A DNA stretch of 64,000 nt from Nitrospirota bacterium (GTDB lineage: Bacteria; Nitrospirota; UBA9217), in assembly GCA_963836175.1 (NCBI GenBank), contig CAWIIS010000008.1, positions 148,838 to 212,837 on the forward strand, written 5' to 3'. Below the pieces are notes generated by a model. That model saw only the letters and a program-made list of their open reading frames with translations, was not told where the DNA came from and made no database searches. The first letter of the stretch is position 1. Every line of letters starts with the position of its first letter. Shown piece by piece: positions 47,620-56,778 of the stretch. A program made the translations under genes and the position numbers.

Positions 47620-47676
47620 AATGAAGAGCACCGTAATCGAGAGGATCTTCGGTTCCACGATCTGAGACATGATTGA
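47620..47676 (+). pseudogene. Possible tyrosine-recombinase (integrase) remnant
   Basis: Short frame reading ...NREDLRFHDLRHD-stop, with an HxLRH box typical of integrases. Low-GC DNA immediately 3' of tRNA-Glu. The evidence is only this short motif. Confidence 0.3.
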
Positions 47677-47703
47677 AGGCGAGTTACTCCCGGTTCTTTG
47701 TCC

Positions 47704-47719
47704 CTACCCGAACGGGTAG
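47704..47719. promoter_or_regulatory. Perfect 16-bp palindrome CTACCCGAACGGGTAG (candidate transcription-factor site)
   Basis: About 90 bp upstream of the -35 of the receptor/peptide operon. The same motif occurs x3 at 61205..61256. Confidence 0.45.
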
Positions 47720-47809
47720 TATCCATTTCTGCCTTAATTCCGTATAATCTCTATGAACCTGATCCCTTGATATGCTGCACACATCGCCAATGAATAGAGA
47801 ATAAATTTG

Positions 47810-47838
47810 TTGACAATAAAATACCCTGCTCATATACT
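47810..47838 (+). promoter_or_regulatory. Sigma-70-type promoter of the receptor/peptide/rSAM operon
   Basis: TTGACA (47810-15), 17 nt, TATACT (47833-38). Confidence 0.5.
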
Positions 47839-47964
47839 TTTTTATTTTTAGACACGTGATCGTTTAATAAAATTGCACATAAAGCAGGTGATCATGATGA
47901 CTTCACGTTTTTCACATCAGCGCCGTGTCGTTACCACAGGCGCATCGGCCGCGGGAGCATAGAA

Positions 47965-49839
47965 ATGATGCTCCTTATCCGTTTGTCCTGCATCTTCTTT
48001 ATTTTTGTCAACTTGATGGTTCTGTTCCGCTCCTCCGCCTCCGCCCAGTCGACCGAAGAGAAAAACTTTCTCCTGATGTATTTCAAGGAAGAGGAACTGG
48101 TTGTCGAAGCGCCGACGCGGGCCAGAAAATCCCTGGCCCAGACCGCGGAGAACGTATCGGTGGTCACGGCCGACGAGATCAGGCTCATGAACGCCCATAC
48201 TGCCGCCGAGGTGCTGAACACGGTGACGGGCGTGCAGGTCTTCCTGACGGGCGGGCCCGGCAGCAGCGCGACAGCGTTCATCCAGGGTTCGGGGAGCCGG
48301 CACGTTGCGGTGTTCATTGACGGCGTTCCGCTGAACAACCTCTCGGACAACGCGTCAGAGATCGGGTCGCTCCCGGTCCAGAACATCGAGAAGATTGAGA
48401 TCATCAAGGGGCCGGCATCGTCCGCCTGGGGATCGGCCCTGGGCGGCGTGATCAACATCATCACCAAGGCGGGGCAGCACGAAGGGACCGGCGGGTTACT
48501 TTCGGCCTCCTCAGGAAAGCGCGATACGGTTGACTTCCGGGCCGAGGCATCGGGAAAACAAGCACGTGTCGGCTACTATTTCACCGCAGGCAGGCTGCAG
48601 ACCGACGGCTTCCGGCCGCATAACGATTTTTCGGGAAACAATGGTTACGCGAAGCTGAGCTACGATATCACGAGCCATACGTCTGTGCTTGCAACGGTGA
48701 GCTATGACAAGAGTGAAAGAGCTATCGGGGAGTTGCCGGCGTTTGGCATATATGTGGGTTATGACCTGAAAACAATAAGGTCTTCGCTCGAAGTGAAATC
48801 GGCTCTGACTGAGAAGGCAGATGTTCAGCTGACTCTCTGGCACCTCCGTCAGCATAGCGACTTCAGTAATACATTAATTGCAACGGATACGGAGCTTTCG
48901 GCGGACCACTATCTAGATGACGGGTATGGCGGGAGCCTCAAACTGACATGGAAAGGGCAACTTCACAGCATTGTCCTCGGCGGTGACTTTGATTCCAGGA
49001 CTCTGGACTCGAACGCGATCGCGGGAAACAGACAGGGGATAGAAAAACAGGCAGCCTTTATCAACGACACGATGTCTTTCGGTCGCCTGACTGTCACGCC
49101 GGGTCTACGGTATGATAAAACGGACACGAACGGCGATTTCGCGAGCCCGGGCCTTGGCATGACCTACCGGATCGGGGAGACCACACTCCTCCGTGCTACT
49201 GCAGCCCGGGGGTTCAGTGTACCGGCCCTTGCGGGCACCTATGGCGACAATCTCTTTCATGTCTCCAATCCCGATCTAAAAATGGAAAAGGTCAAGTCCT
49301 ACCAGATAGGCGCTGAAACCGCTGTTGAGAAGTATCTTTGGGTCAAAGTGTCGGGCTTCAGGCACGATCTTGACGATGTACTCGAGAACGTGGCGCTCTC
49401 TCCCGCGTCGTTCATCACCTTGAACACCGGCAGGGAGAGACGGGAAGGGCTTGAGGTCGAGCTAAGAACAGCTTCGGTTTATCATACAACGCTCAATGCC
49501 GGGGCGTCGTTCATCAGCGCCAAGGACAGGGACACGGGTGAGACGATCAAGAGCGTCGCACAAAGAACCTATGACATTGGCCTGCAGTACGATGGTGACT
49601 CGTTCAAGGCCTTAGTGAAGGGACATTATATCTACTGGAACACGGACAAGTTCTTCGAAGGGAAATACGATGCTTTTATTGTCGATGCCCATGTCATGAA
49701 GGCCTTGTATACGCGAAACGATCACTCCCTTGAGGCCTTTGCCGATGTTCATAATATCTTCAATGACGAGCAATATCCAGCTGCTATATATAAAAATCCC
49801 GGCAGATGGTTCGAGGCCGGGGTCAGATACGTCTTTTAA
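47965..49839 (+). CDS. TonB-dependent outer-membrane receptor
   Basis: Signal peptide. Plug block LVVEAPTRARKSLAQTAENVSVVTADEIRLMNAHTAAEVLNTVTGVQV. Beta-barrel body. C-terminal ...FEAGVRYVF. Confidence 0.85.
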   Translation: MMLLIRLSCIFFIFVNLMVLFRSSASAQSTEEKNFLLMYFKEEELVVEAPTRARKSLAQTAENVSVVTADEIRLMNAHTAAEVLNTVTGVQVFLTGGPGSSATAFIQGSGSRHVAVFIDGVPLNNLSDNASEIGSLPVQNIEKIEIIKGPASSAWGSALGGVINIITKAGQHEGTGGLLSASSGKRDTVDFRAEASGKQARVGYYFTAGRLQTDGFRPHNDFSGNNGYAKLSYDITSHTSVLATVSYDKSERAIGELPAFGIYVGYDLKTIRSSLEVKSALTEKADVQLTLWHLRQHSDFSNTLIATDTELSADHYLDDGYGGSLKLTWKGQLHSIVLGGDFDSRTLDSNAIAGNRQGIEKQAAFINDTMSFGRLTVTPGLRYDKTDTNGDFASPGLGMTYRIGETTLLRATAARGFSVPALAGTYGDNLFHVSNPDLKMEKVKSYQIGAETAVEKYLWVKVSGFRHDLDDVLENVALSPASFITLNTGRERREGLEVELRTASVYHTTLNAGASFISAKDRDTGETIKSVAQRTYDIGLQYDGDSFKALVKGHYIYWNTDKFFEGKYDAFIVDAHVMKALYTRNDHSLEAFADVHNIFNDEQYPAAIYKNPGRWFEAGVRYVF

Positions 49840-49882
49840 TACATGATTCAAAGTAGTCAACTACTCTAGGGGGGAGGATAGC

Positions 49883-49984
49883 ATGAAAAACAGGATCGTT
49901 GTGCTGAAGAAGGGCGTTGAGAAAAAGCAGGTCGTTGAAGGGCTTTGCTGTATGGGAGCACTTATCCCGTACCTATGGATGTAG
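49883..49984 (+). CDS. Unannotated 33-codon ORF: candidate RiPP precursor MKNRIVVLKKGVEKKQVVEGLCCMGALIPYLWM
   Basis: GGGGGGAGG RBS 6-8 nt upstream of the ATG. Basic leader-like N-half and hydrophobic Cys/aromatic C-half. Located 79 nt upstream of a radical SAM/SPASM gene. Too short for the ORF track. Confidence 0.6.
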   Translation: MKNRIVVLKKGVEKKQVVEGLCCMGALIPYLWM

Positions 49985-49995
49985 GTTGTGCTATT

Positions 49996-50030
49996 GAGGG
50001 AGAGCGCTCCGCTCTCCCTCTTTTTTATTT
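49996..50030 (+). terminator. Intrinsic terminator/attenuator hairpin directly after the peptide ORF
   Basis: GAGGGAGAGCG-CTC-CGCTCTCCCTC (11-bp perfect stem) followed by TTTTTTATTT. Confidence 0.7.
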
Positions 50031-50062
50031 CTCATGAAGAAAGGCATCATTGCTGGCTGCTG

Positions 50063-51352
50063 ATGAAATTATCCCGTTATTCCAAAACCTATCCATCCGC
50101 GGACGACCCGGAGTCGGTCATTCTGTTCTCCACCAAGCGCGCCTCGGCGGTGCTTGTCCCGAAGGCCCTCCTCGCGGACATCGAGGCGGGCAGGCTTTCC
50201 ACAGAGGAGCAGGCCGAACTTGCTAAGCTGGGCTTCCTGATATCGGGCGACAAGGAGGAACGGCAGGAGCTGTTGTCCTATATCCAGGACATGAACGCCC
50301 TGGACCGGTCCATGAAGTTCATCGTCGTCGTGAACATGGACTGCAACCTCGCCTGCCGCTACTGCTTCGAAGGCGTCAGGAAAGGGAAACACTATCTTTC
50401 TGACGAGGTCGCAGCGAGGTTCGTCGATTTCGTCAAGACCCGTGACTACGCGGACAAGGACGATATCAAGATCACCTTCTACGGCGGAGAGCCGCTCCTG
50501 TCGGTGGACCGGATCGCCTCCATCTCCGAACAGATCAAGACCTTTTCCGAGGGCAGGGGGCTGCGGTACGTCTTCTCCCTCGTGACCAACGGAGTGTTGC
50601 TGACTCCCGGGGCAGTGAAACGGCTTCAGCCCCTCGGATTGAGAAGCGCCAAGGTGACGCTCGACGGACCGAAGGAGGTCCATGACGCCTTCCGGCCCTT
50701 CAGGAACGGCACAGGGTCTTTCGATACGATCCTCCGGAACGTGGAAGTCGTATCCGGCCTGATCAAGGTCCAGGTCGGCGGCAACTTCACGCAGGACAAC
50801 TACCGCCAATTTCCCCGCCTGCTGGACTTCCTGGTTGAGCGGGGGCTCGGCCCGGAGCGGATCGCGGCGGTCAAATTCGATCCTGTGGTGAACGAGAGCC
50901 GCGAGTTCGCCCTCCCGGACTTCCGGGACGGCTGCGACTCCATGGACGAGCCTTGGATTGCCGGGGCCTCATTGTTGCTGCGCGAGGAAGTGCTGAAGCG
51001 CGGCTACAATACGCCGAAGATCATGCCCTCGCCCTGCCTGATGGAGCATGACGACAGCTTCGTGGTGAACTACGATGGGATCCTGTACAAATGCCCCGGC
51101 CTGATCGGGCGGCAGGGCTGCGGTGCAGGCGATCTGGTGAGCGGACCGGTAAAATACCTCGCGTCCCACGGGCTCGACGACTGGAAGAACGACGATTGCC
51201 TGGCTTGTGCCTATCTGCCGCTTTGCTTCGGGGGCTGCAAATACCTCAAGCTCGTCCGGGAGAACAGCATGGGCGGTGTAAATTGCCAAAAAAAATATTT
51301 CGACCGGGTCCTCGCCACACTGGTGGCCCAAGACATCCGGTACGGGCTGTAG
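50063..51352 (+). CDS. Radical SAM / SPASM-domain peptide maturase with N-terminal RRE (PqqD-like) region
   Basis: CNLACRYC (CxxxCxxC). C-terminal auxiliary-cluster cysteines YKCPG...CLACAYLPLCFGGCKY...NCQ. The ~90-aa N-terminal extension (ILFSTKRASAVLVPKALLADIEAGRLSTEEQAELAKLGFLI) resembles a precursor-recognition element. ATG 50063 lies downstream of the hairpin. Confidence 0.8.
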   Translation: MKLSRYSKTYPSADDPESVILFSTKRASAVLVPKALLADIEAGRLSTEEQAELAKLGFLISGDKEERQELLSYIQDMNALDRSMKFIVVVNMDCNLACRYCFEGVRKGKHYLSDEVAARFVDFVKTRDYADKDDIKITFYGGEPLLSVDRIASISEQIKTFSEGRGLRYVFSLVTNGVLLTPGAVKRLQPLGLRSAKVTLDGPKEVHDAFRPFRNGTGSFDTILRNVEVVSGLIKVQVGGNFTQDNYRQFPRLLDFLVERGLGPERIAAVKFDPVVNESREFALPDFRDGCDSMDEPWIAGASLLLREEVLKRGYNTPKIMPSPCLMEHDDSFVVNYDGILYKCPGLIGRQGCGAGDLVSGPVKYLASHGLDDWKNDDCLACAYLPLCFGGCKYLKLVRENSMGGVNCQKKYFDRVLATLVAQDIRYGL

Positions 51353-51365
51353 TCCCGGTCACTTC

Positions 51366-52286
51366 ATGATTAACCGCTTCTCTTTCATAGTAAAACCCGA
51401 CAAGGCCCTCCCCGTCCTACTGGTTGCGCTCGCGGTCCTTGTGTGCCCTCTTCCCGCGACTTCGTCCGCGTGCGAGACGACCGTCGTCGTGAGCGCTGAC
51501 CTGAAGCCCTATCGGGAGGTCCTCCAGGGTATCCGCGATGCCTCCGTCTGCACCGTGCGGGAAGTGACACTGCGCGATGGCGACGCCCTGGAACGGGTCC
51601 GCCGGACATCGCCCAATGTCGTGGTCGCGATAGGGACCGAGGCTTTCCGGACGGTCCGGCCGCTCCTGGACGCGCCGGTCATCCATGTCATGGTGATCCC
51701 CTCCGAGGTCGAGCGCTTCCCGTCGGCAAACTTGTCGGGAGTGAGCATGAGCATCGCTCCCGAGGCATGGCTGTCGGCGATCAAGCGCGTGTTCCCCGGC
51801 GCGAAGCGGATCGGGCTGCTCTTCGATTCCCGGAATACGGGCCCCTTCGTCTCCGAGGCGGTGCGCGCCGCTCCGGCTGCCGGGTTGACGCTGATAACGG
51901 CGGAGCTCGATGGAGCCGATGAGGTTCCGAAGGCGCTGAACTCTCTCCGCGACTCGGTTGACGTGCTCTGGATGCTGCCGGATCCAGCGGTGGCATCGGC
52001 GCCGGTCCTCGAGTACCTGGTCCGCTTCTCCATCCAGCATCGCATTCCCATCATGACCTTTTCAGAAAAATACCTGGAACTTGGCGCCGTGGCGTCGCTG
52101 GACGTGGACCCCTATGACATGGGCGTCCAGGCCGCGGAAATGGCGGCGCGGCTCGCGAGGGGCGGGGACGGTCCCGTGCGCGTCTACGCGCGGAAAACAA
52201 AGCTCTCGCTCAACCGGAGCGCGGCGGGGAAGATGGGGGTCGTGATCGGCGCGGCGGTTTCTGAGAGGGGCCTTGACGATGAATAG
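51366..52286 (+). CDS. Periplasmic ABC-type substrate-binding-like protein (ABC_sub_bind family type)
   Basis: Signal peptide. Periplasmic-binding fold pattern (NVVVAIGTEA..., GVSMSI..., AKRIGLLFDSRNTG..., VDVLWMLPD..., IPIMTFSEKYLELGAVASL). Overlaps the kinase start. Confidence 0.6.
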   Translation: MINRFSFIVKPDKALPVLLVALAVLVCPLPATSSACETTVVVSADLKPYREVLQGIRDASVCTVREVTLRDGDALERVRRTSPNVVVAIGTEAFRTVRPLLDAPVIHVMVIPSEVERFPSANLSGVSMSIAPEAWLSAIKRVFPGAKRIGLLFDSRNTGPFVSEAVRAAPAAGLTLITAELDGADEVPKALNSLRDSVDVLWMLPDPAVASAPVLEYLVRFSIQHRIPIMTFSEKYLELGAVASLDVDPYDMGVQAAEMAARLARGGDGPVRVYARKTKLSLNRSAAGKMGVVIGAAVSERGLDDE

Positions 52287-54192
52287 CCCCTTCAGAATGA
52301 TCCTCAAGGAGCGATTCGGACTCAAGGTCATTACGGCGTTCATTATCGTCATCGCTGCGTCCTTCATCCTCTATACGGTCGTCTGGGCGGTCTATGAGAT
52401 CGGCAGGCTCAGGCACAAGCTCGAGGACCAGGGTATTATGCTGACGTCTCTCCTCGCGCGGGGGGCAGTGGTGGGCATCTTCACGGAGAACGAAGCGGAG
52501 CTCAAGCGGTCGGCGGCGGATGTCCTGAAGCTGCCCGACGTGGTGTCCGTATCGCTGTTCAATGCGGAAGGACGAATGCTCTACAGAGGCAGCAGAATGG
52601 TCGGACGGCCCGATCCCGGGACGTTGCCGGAGCGAAATGCACCGGATCCGCCGGCTGGCACGGAGTTGGAGATCGCGGACCAGGCGGACGCGGTCAGGAT
52701 CTCCCGGCCGGTCTTCAGCGCGTCCCTAGCCGATACGGACGAAACGCTGTATTTCAGCTCGTCGACTGGTCTCGCGCGGGAGCGGGTGATAGGTCATGTC
52801 CTGATCGTGATGAGCAAGGACAGCTACCGCAGCGAGATCATCGCGCTCGCGGGAAGGAATTTGGGATTGATGGCGCTGTTCATCGCGGTAAGCGGCATTG
52901 TCGTGTGGGGCGCCGTCCGCAAGGTCACGCGTCCGCTCGAGCGCCTGACCGAGAGCGTAAGGGACTTCGAACGGGGAGTGCCGGTGGAGCCGGCGCCGGT
53001 CGAGACCAGCGACGAAATCGGAAGGCTGGCATCGGCATTCAACGACATGGTCGCTGCGCGGCGGAAAACGGAGCTGTCCCTGCGCGAGAGCGAGGAGCGC
53101 TACCGGCGGCTTGTCGAACTCTCCCCGGACGCGATCTACGTGCAGCTTGAGGGAAGGATCGTCTTCATCAATAACGCGGGCGCGAGACTGCTGGGAGCGT
53201 CCGCTCCCGCGGACATCCTGGACCGGAAGGTCCTGGACCGCATTCACGAGGAAGACCACGAGACCGTCGTGAAGCGGGCACTACAGGTCGAGGAAGGGGG
53301 GCTCGTTGTCACCTTCCTCCCAGTCAGGTATCTCCAGCCCGACGGGACGGTCGTGGATGCCGAAGTGGCCGCCGCGCCCTTCCCGTTCCAGGGCAAGAGC
53401 GCCGTGCTCGTCATGGCCCGCGATATCACGGAGCGCAAAAGCCTGGAAGAGCTGGTCAGAGCATACCAGCGGGAACTGCATTCCGTGGAAAACGCAATGT
53501 CCTCGCTGGAATCGCAGATCGAGGAACGGGAGCGGCATCTTATTGCAGCGGACCTGCATGATCATGTCGGCCAGAACCTGGTGGCGTCGCTGTTCAAATT
53601 GGGGCTCCTGCAAAAGGGGATTTCCGCGCCCGACGCGCTCAGGCACCTGGAGGAGATCCGCGATCTTATCGGCCAGACCATCCAGTATACGAGGTCGTTG
53701 ACTGTCGAGCTCAGCCCGCCGGTCCTGTCGGCGATCGGTTTCAAAGCCGCTGTGGAGTCCCTAGCGGAGGGAATCGAAGCGGCTTACGGAATAACGGTCG
53801 CCGTCGAGGATGACGGCGGGTCCGATCTGATCGGCGAAAACGTCCGGAACCCGCTCTTCCGGTGCGTGCGCGAGCTGCTCATGAACGCCGTCAAACATTC
53901 CCGGGCGAGCGGCGTCGCGGTCTCCCTGGGAAGGGACAACGACCGGATAAAAATTACCGTTGTTGATAACGGGATGGGGTTCGATGCATCGGCGATAACC
54001 GGGAAAAAGTCGGGGTTCGGGCTGTTCTCTGTCAGGGAGCGGATAAAGAGGCTGGGCGGCTCGTGCAGGATCGAAAGCCGGCCGGGGTCCGGAACAAAGG
54101 TTGTCCTGGAGGCGCCCCTGCATGACGACGTACAGGATAAAAATCTCGGCGCACCGGAACAGGACGACAGGATAACAGAATCGACAGGATAA
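52279..54192 (+). CDS. Sensor histidine kinase (TM-HAMP-PAS-HisKA_3-HATPase)
   Basis: HAMP (EIGRLASAFNDMV), PAS (YRRLVELSPDAIYV), H-box AADLHDHVGQNL (HisKA_3), N and G boxes (MNAVKHS, DNGMGF, GFGLFSVRERI). Confidence 0.85.
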   Translation: MNSPFRMILKERFGLKVITAFIIVIAASFILYTVVWAVYEIGRLRHKLEDQGIMLTSLLARGAVVGIFTENEAELKRSAADVLKLPDVVSVSLFNAEGRMLYRGSRMVGRPDPGTLPERNAPDPPAGTELEIADQADAVRISRPVFSASLADTDETLYFSSSTGLARERVIGHVLIVMSKDSYRSEIIALAGRNLGLMALFIAVSGIVVWGAVRKVTRPLERLTESVRDFERGVPVEPAPVETSDEIGRLASAFNDMVAARRKTELSLRESEERYRRLVELSPDAIYVQLEGRIVFINNAGARLLGASAPADILDRKVLDRIHEEDHETVVKRALQVEEGGLVVTFLPVRYLQPDGTVVDAEVAAAPFPFQGKSAVLVMARDITERKSLEELVRAYQRELHSVENAMSSLESQIEERERHLIAADLHDHVGQNLVASLFKLGLLQKGISAPDALRHLEEIRDLIGQTIQYTRSLTVELSPPVLSAIGFKAAVESLAEGIEAAYGITVAVEDDGGSDLIGENVRNPLFRCVRELLMNAVKHSRASGVAVSLGRDNDRIKITVVDNGMGFDASAITGKKSGFGLFSVRERIKRLGGSCRIESRPGSGTKVVLEAPLHDDVQDKNLGAPEQDDRITESTG

Positions 54193-54268
54193 ATTCGTAT
54201 CCGCTTTTTTTCCGGCAGCCCTGTTAAAAAACTCTTTGGTTTCGGTTTGTAACTGAAAAGGGGGTGGC

Positions 54269-55102
54269 ATGAGCATACGGATACTTCTTGCTGATGATCA
54301 TAAACTGCTGCGCGAGGGGTTGCGCTCGTTGATATCCGAACAGTCGGACATGTCGGTGGTAGCGGAAGCCGAGGACGGCAGGTCCGCTGTTCAACTGGCA
54401 GCCAGACTATCGCCGGATATTGTGATCATGGACATTTCGATGCCGGGGATGAACGGTATCGAAGCTACGCGACTGATCCTGGCGGAAAATCCCGCCGTGC
54501 AGATCATGGCACTATCAATGCATCTGGACCGGCGCATGGTGCTGGAAATGTTCAAAGCCGGCGCATCCGGCTATCTCCTGAAGGAATGCGCCTTTGACGA
54601 GGTGGTCCATGCCGTGCAGCTCGTTGCGTCGAAAATCATCTATCTCAGTCCGAGGGTAGCAGACGTTCTTCTCAAGGACTATATTCACGGCGTCCGGAAG
54701 GGAGAACTGGCACCGTTATCCGAAGTGCCGAAGCAGCAGCGGGCAGTTCTTCACCTGCTGGAGGATGGCAAAGATATGAAAGACATCGTTTCCTCCCTTC
54801 ATATAAGCATCAAGAATGCCGAGTCCTGCCGCAGGCAGATGATCCTTGATCGCATCCTGCCGTATCTTCTCCGCGCACAGAGTGAAACTGCGGCTGGATT
54901 TGCCGTCTCACTGACGCCGCGGGAACGGGAAATCCTAGTCTGGGTCAAGGACGGCAAGAGCACCGGTGAGATCGCATCCATTCTCACAATAAGCCAGGAC
55001 ACGGTGAAATTTCATATGAAAAACGTATTCCAGAAGCTCAGCGCCACCAGCAGGTCGCAGGCCATCGCCATCGCGATCGAGAATAAGCTCATAGAGTCTT
55101 GA
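54269..55102 (+). CDS. NarL/LuxR-family response regulator with an extra degenerate HTH segment
   Basis: REC (ILLADDHKLLREG...DIVIMDISMPGMNG). Middle segment QQRAVLHLLEDGKDMKDIVSSLHISIKNAESCRRQM. Canonical GerE HTH LTPREREILVWVKDGKSTGEIASILTISQDTVKFHMKNVFQKL. Confidence 0.85.
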   Translation: MSIRILLADDHKLLREGLRSLISEQSDMSVVAEAEDGRSAVQLAARLSPDIVIMDISMPGMNGIEATRLILAENPAVQIMALSMHLDRRMVLEMFKAGASGYLLKECAFDEVVHAVQLVASKIIYLSPRVADVLLKDYIHGVRKGELAPLSEVPKQQRAVLHLLEDGKDMKDIVSSLHISIKNAESCRRQMILDRILPYLLRAQSETAAGFAVSLTPREREILVWVKDGKSTGEIASILTISQDTVKFHMKNVFQKLSATSRSQAIAIAIENKLIES

Positions 55103-55132
55103 TCGCGCAGGATCGCGCAGTGACAGAACGCA

Positions 55133-56394
55133 TTACCTGTCCAGTACGGTCCTGACCTTTTGCAATAAATCCTTCGGCGACACGGGCTTCAGCAGGAATT
55201 CAGTCCCATTGTCGGCGACGCCATTGTCCTCAATGAGTGCCCTTGCGTAACCGCTGATAAAGATCGTCTTGGTGTTCGGGTTTATCGACCTGATCTCTTC
55301 GCACGCCTGCTTGCCGCTCTTTTTCGGCAGGATAACATCGAGCAGAACCAGCTTTATCCGCTCCCGGTTGTCTTTAAACGCGCTCACCGCGTCCTCGCCG
55401 TCGACCGCCTCTATCACCGAATAACCGAATTCGTTAAGTAGTTGCCTGGTGAAGCCCCTGACCGCCGCATCATCCTCCGCAATAAGTATGGCCTCCTCAC
55501 CGCGCGCCGGAGACGTCTTTTCCTTTTCTTCTCGCTGCGCGGCCCCCGCAGCTGCAACAGGCAGGTAGATCTTGAACATCGTCCCCTTCCCCGGTTCGCT
55601 TTGACATTCCAGAAAGCCTCTATGCTGCTTGACGATGCCGAACGCTATCGAGAGACCCAGTCCGGTGCCTTTTCCCAGCTCCTTGGTGGTAAAGTAGGGC
55701 TCAAAGATTCTTTGCCTCGTCTTCTCGTCCATGCCTGTGCCCGTGTCAGTAATAATGATCGTGGTGTACCCGCCCGGTTGGCCGAAGCCGTTCGCAGCGA
55801 TGAAGCGGCTGTCCATGGTCATGCATTCCGTCTCTATCGTCAGCGTCCCTCCCTGCGGCATGGCGCCCGTGCGTTCGCGGCAAGGTTCATCAGCACCTGT
55901 TCGATCTGCCAGGCATCGGCCAGAACGAGCAGCTCGCCCTGGGCGGCGATGACCCTGAATTCGATGTCCTCGCCGATGATCGGTTCGAGCGTCTTTTTGA
56001 AGTTCGCAACGATGCTGTTGACTTCCACGGTCCTCAGGTCCAGCATCCGTTTCCTGCTGAAAGCAAGAAGCCCACGGATAAGCCGGGTCGCCCGTTCGCC
56101 CGCAGAGAGTATTTCCCCTAAGTACGGCAGGGTGGGATCGTCAGGCTTCAGCTTCATTCGCATGAGAGTTCCATACCCCACAATGACGCTCAGGATATTG
56201 TTGAAATCATGCGCAATACCTCCGGCGAGCGTGCCTATTGCCTCCATCTTCTGGGCATGCTGCAGCTGCTCTTCGAGTATCTTTACTTTTCTGATAAGCG
56301 CCTCGTTCATTTGCAGGACCGTCGACGTTTTTTCCGATTCGGCCATTGCTTTCAAAACGCCGTTTCTATGCTCTCGCTCATCTGAAACCATCAC
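55133..56394 (-). CDS. Hybrid sensor histidine kinase (HisKA-HATPase-REC), one frame break near 55850
   Basis: GIAHDFNNIL H-box (ORF 55840..56394). DTGTGMD, GTGLGLS and the REC domain ILIAEDDAAVR...LLDVILP are in ORF 55133..55861. Confidence 0.8.
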
Positions 56395-56778
56395 GGCACC
56401 TCACATTCCGATAAATAAATACCTGCATGCAGGATGCGCACAGGGTTCGCGTTATTCCAAAAACCGGTCATGCGTTTAAGTGTCGCTGTTGAAGCTGTTC
56501 CCGGAAACATTTTTTCCAAAATACTTATTTGAGCCATGATTGCCGAACTGAAAGAGGATCCTGGACGTTCAGAGGGGATTTTCCTGTCCGTGCAGATGAG
56601 TGAGCAGGCACTGCCCGGCATTTAACAGCTTACTGCATAAGTCTTACGCGAAATAGGTTGACTCGTTAACAGCCTGTTCATGCTCTTGCCCCCGTACCTG
56701 TTCTTTCCCTGATCAAAACCCTTCCGTTCGCCCGCCGTCCGGTACGGATCACGGCCGGCACGCCGAGTCTCTAAAACA

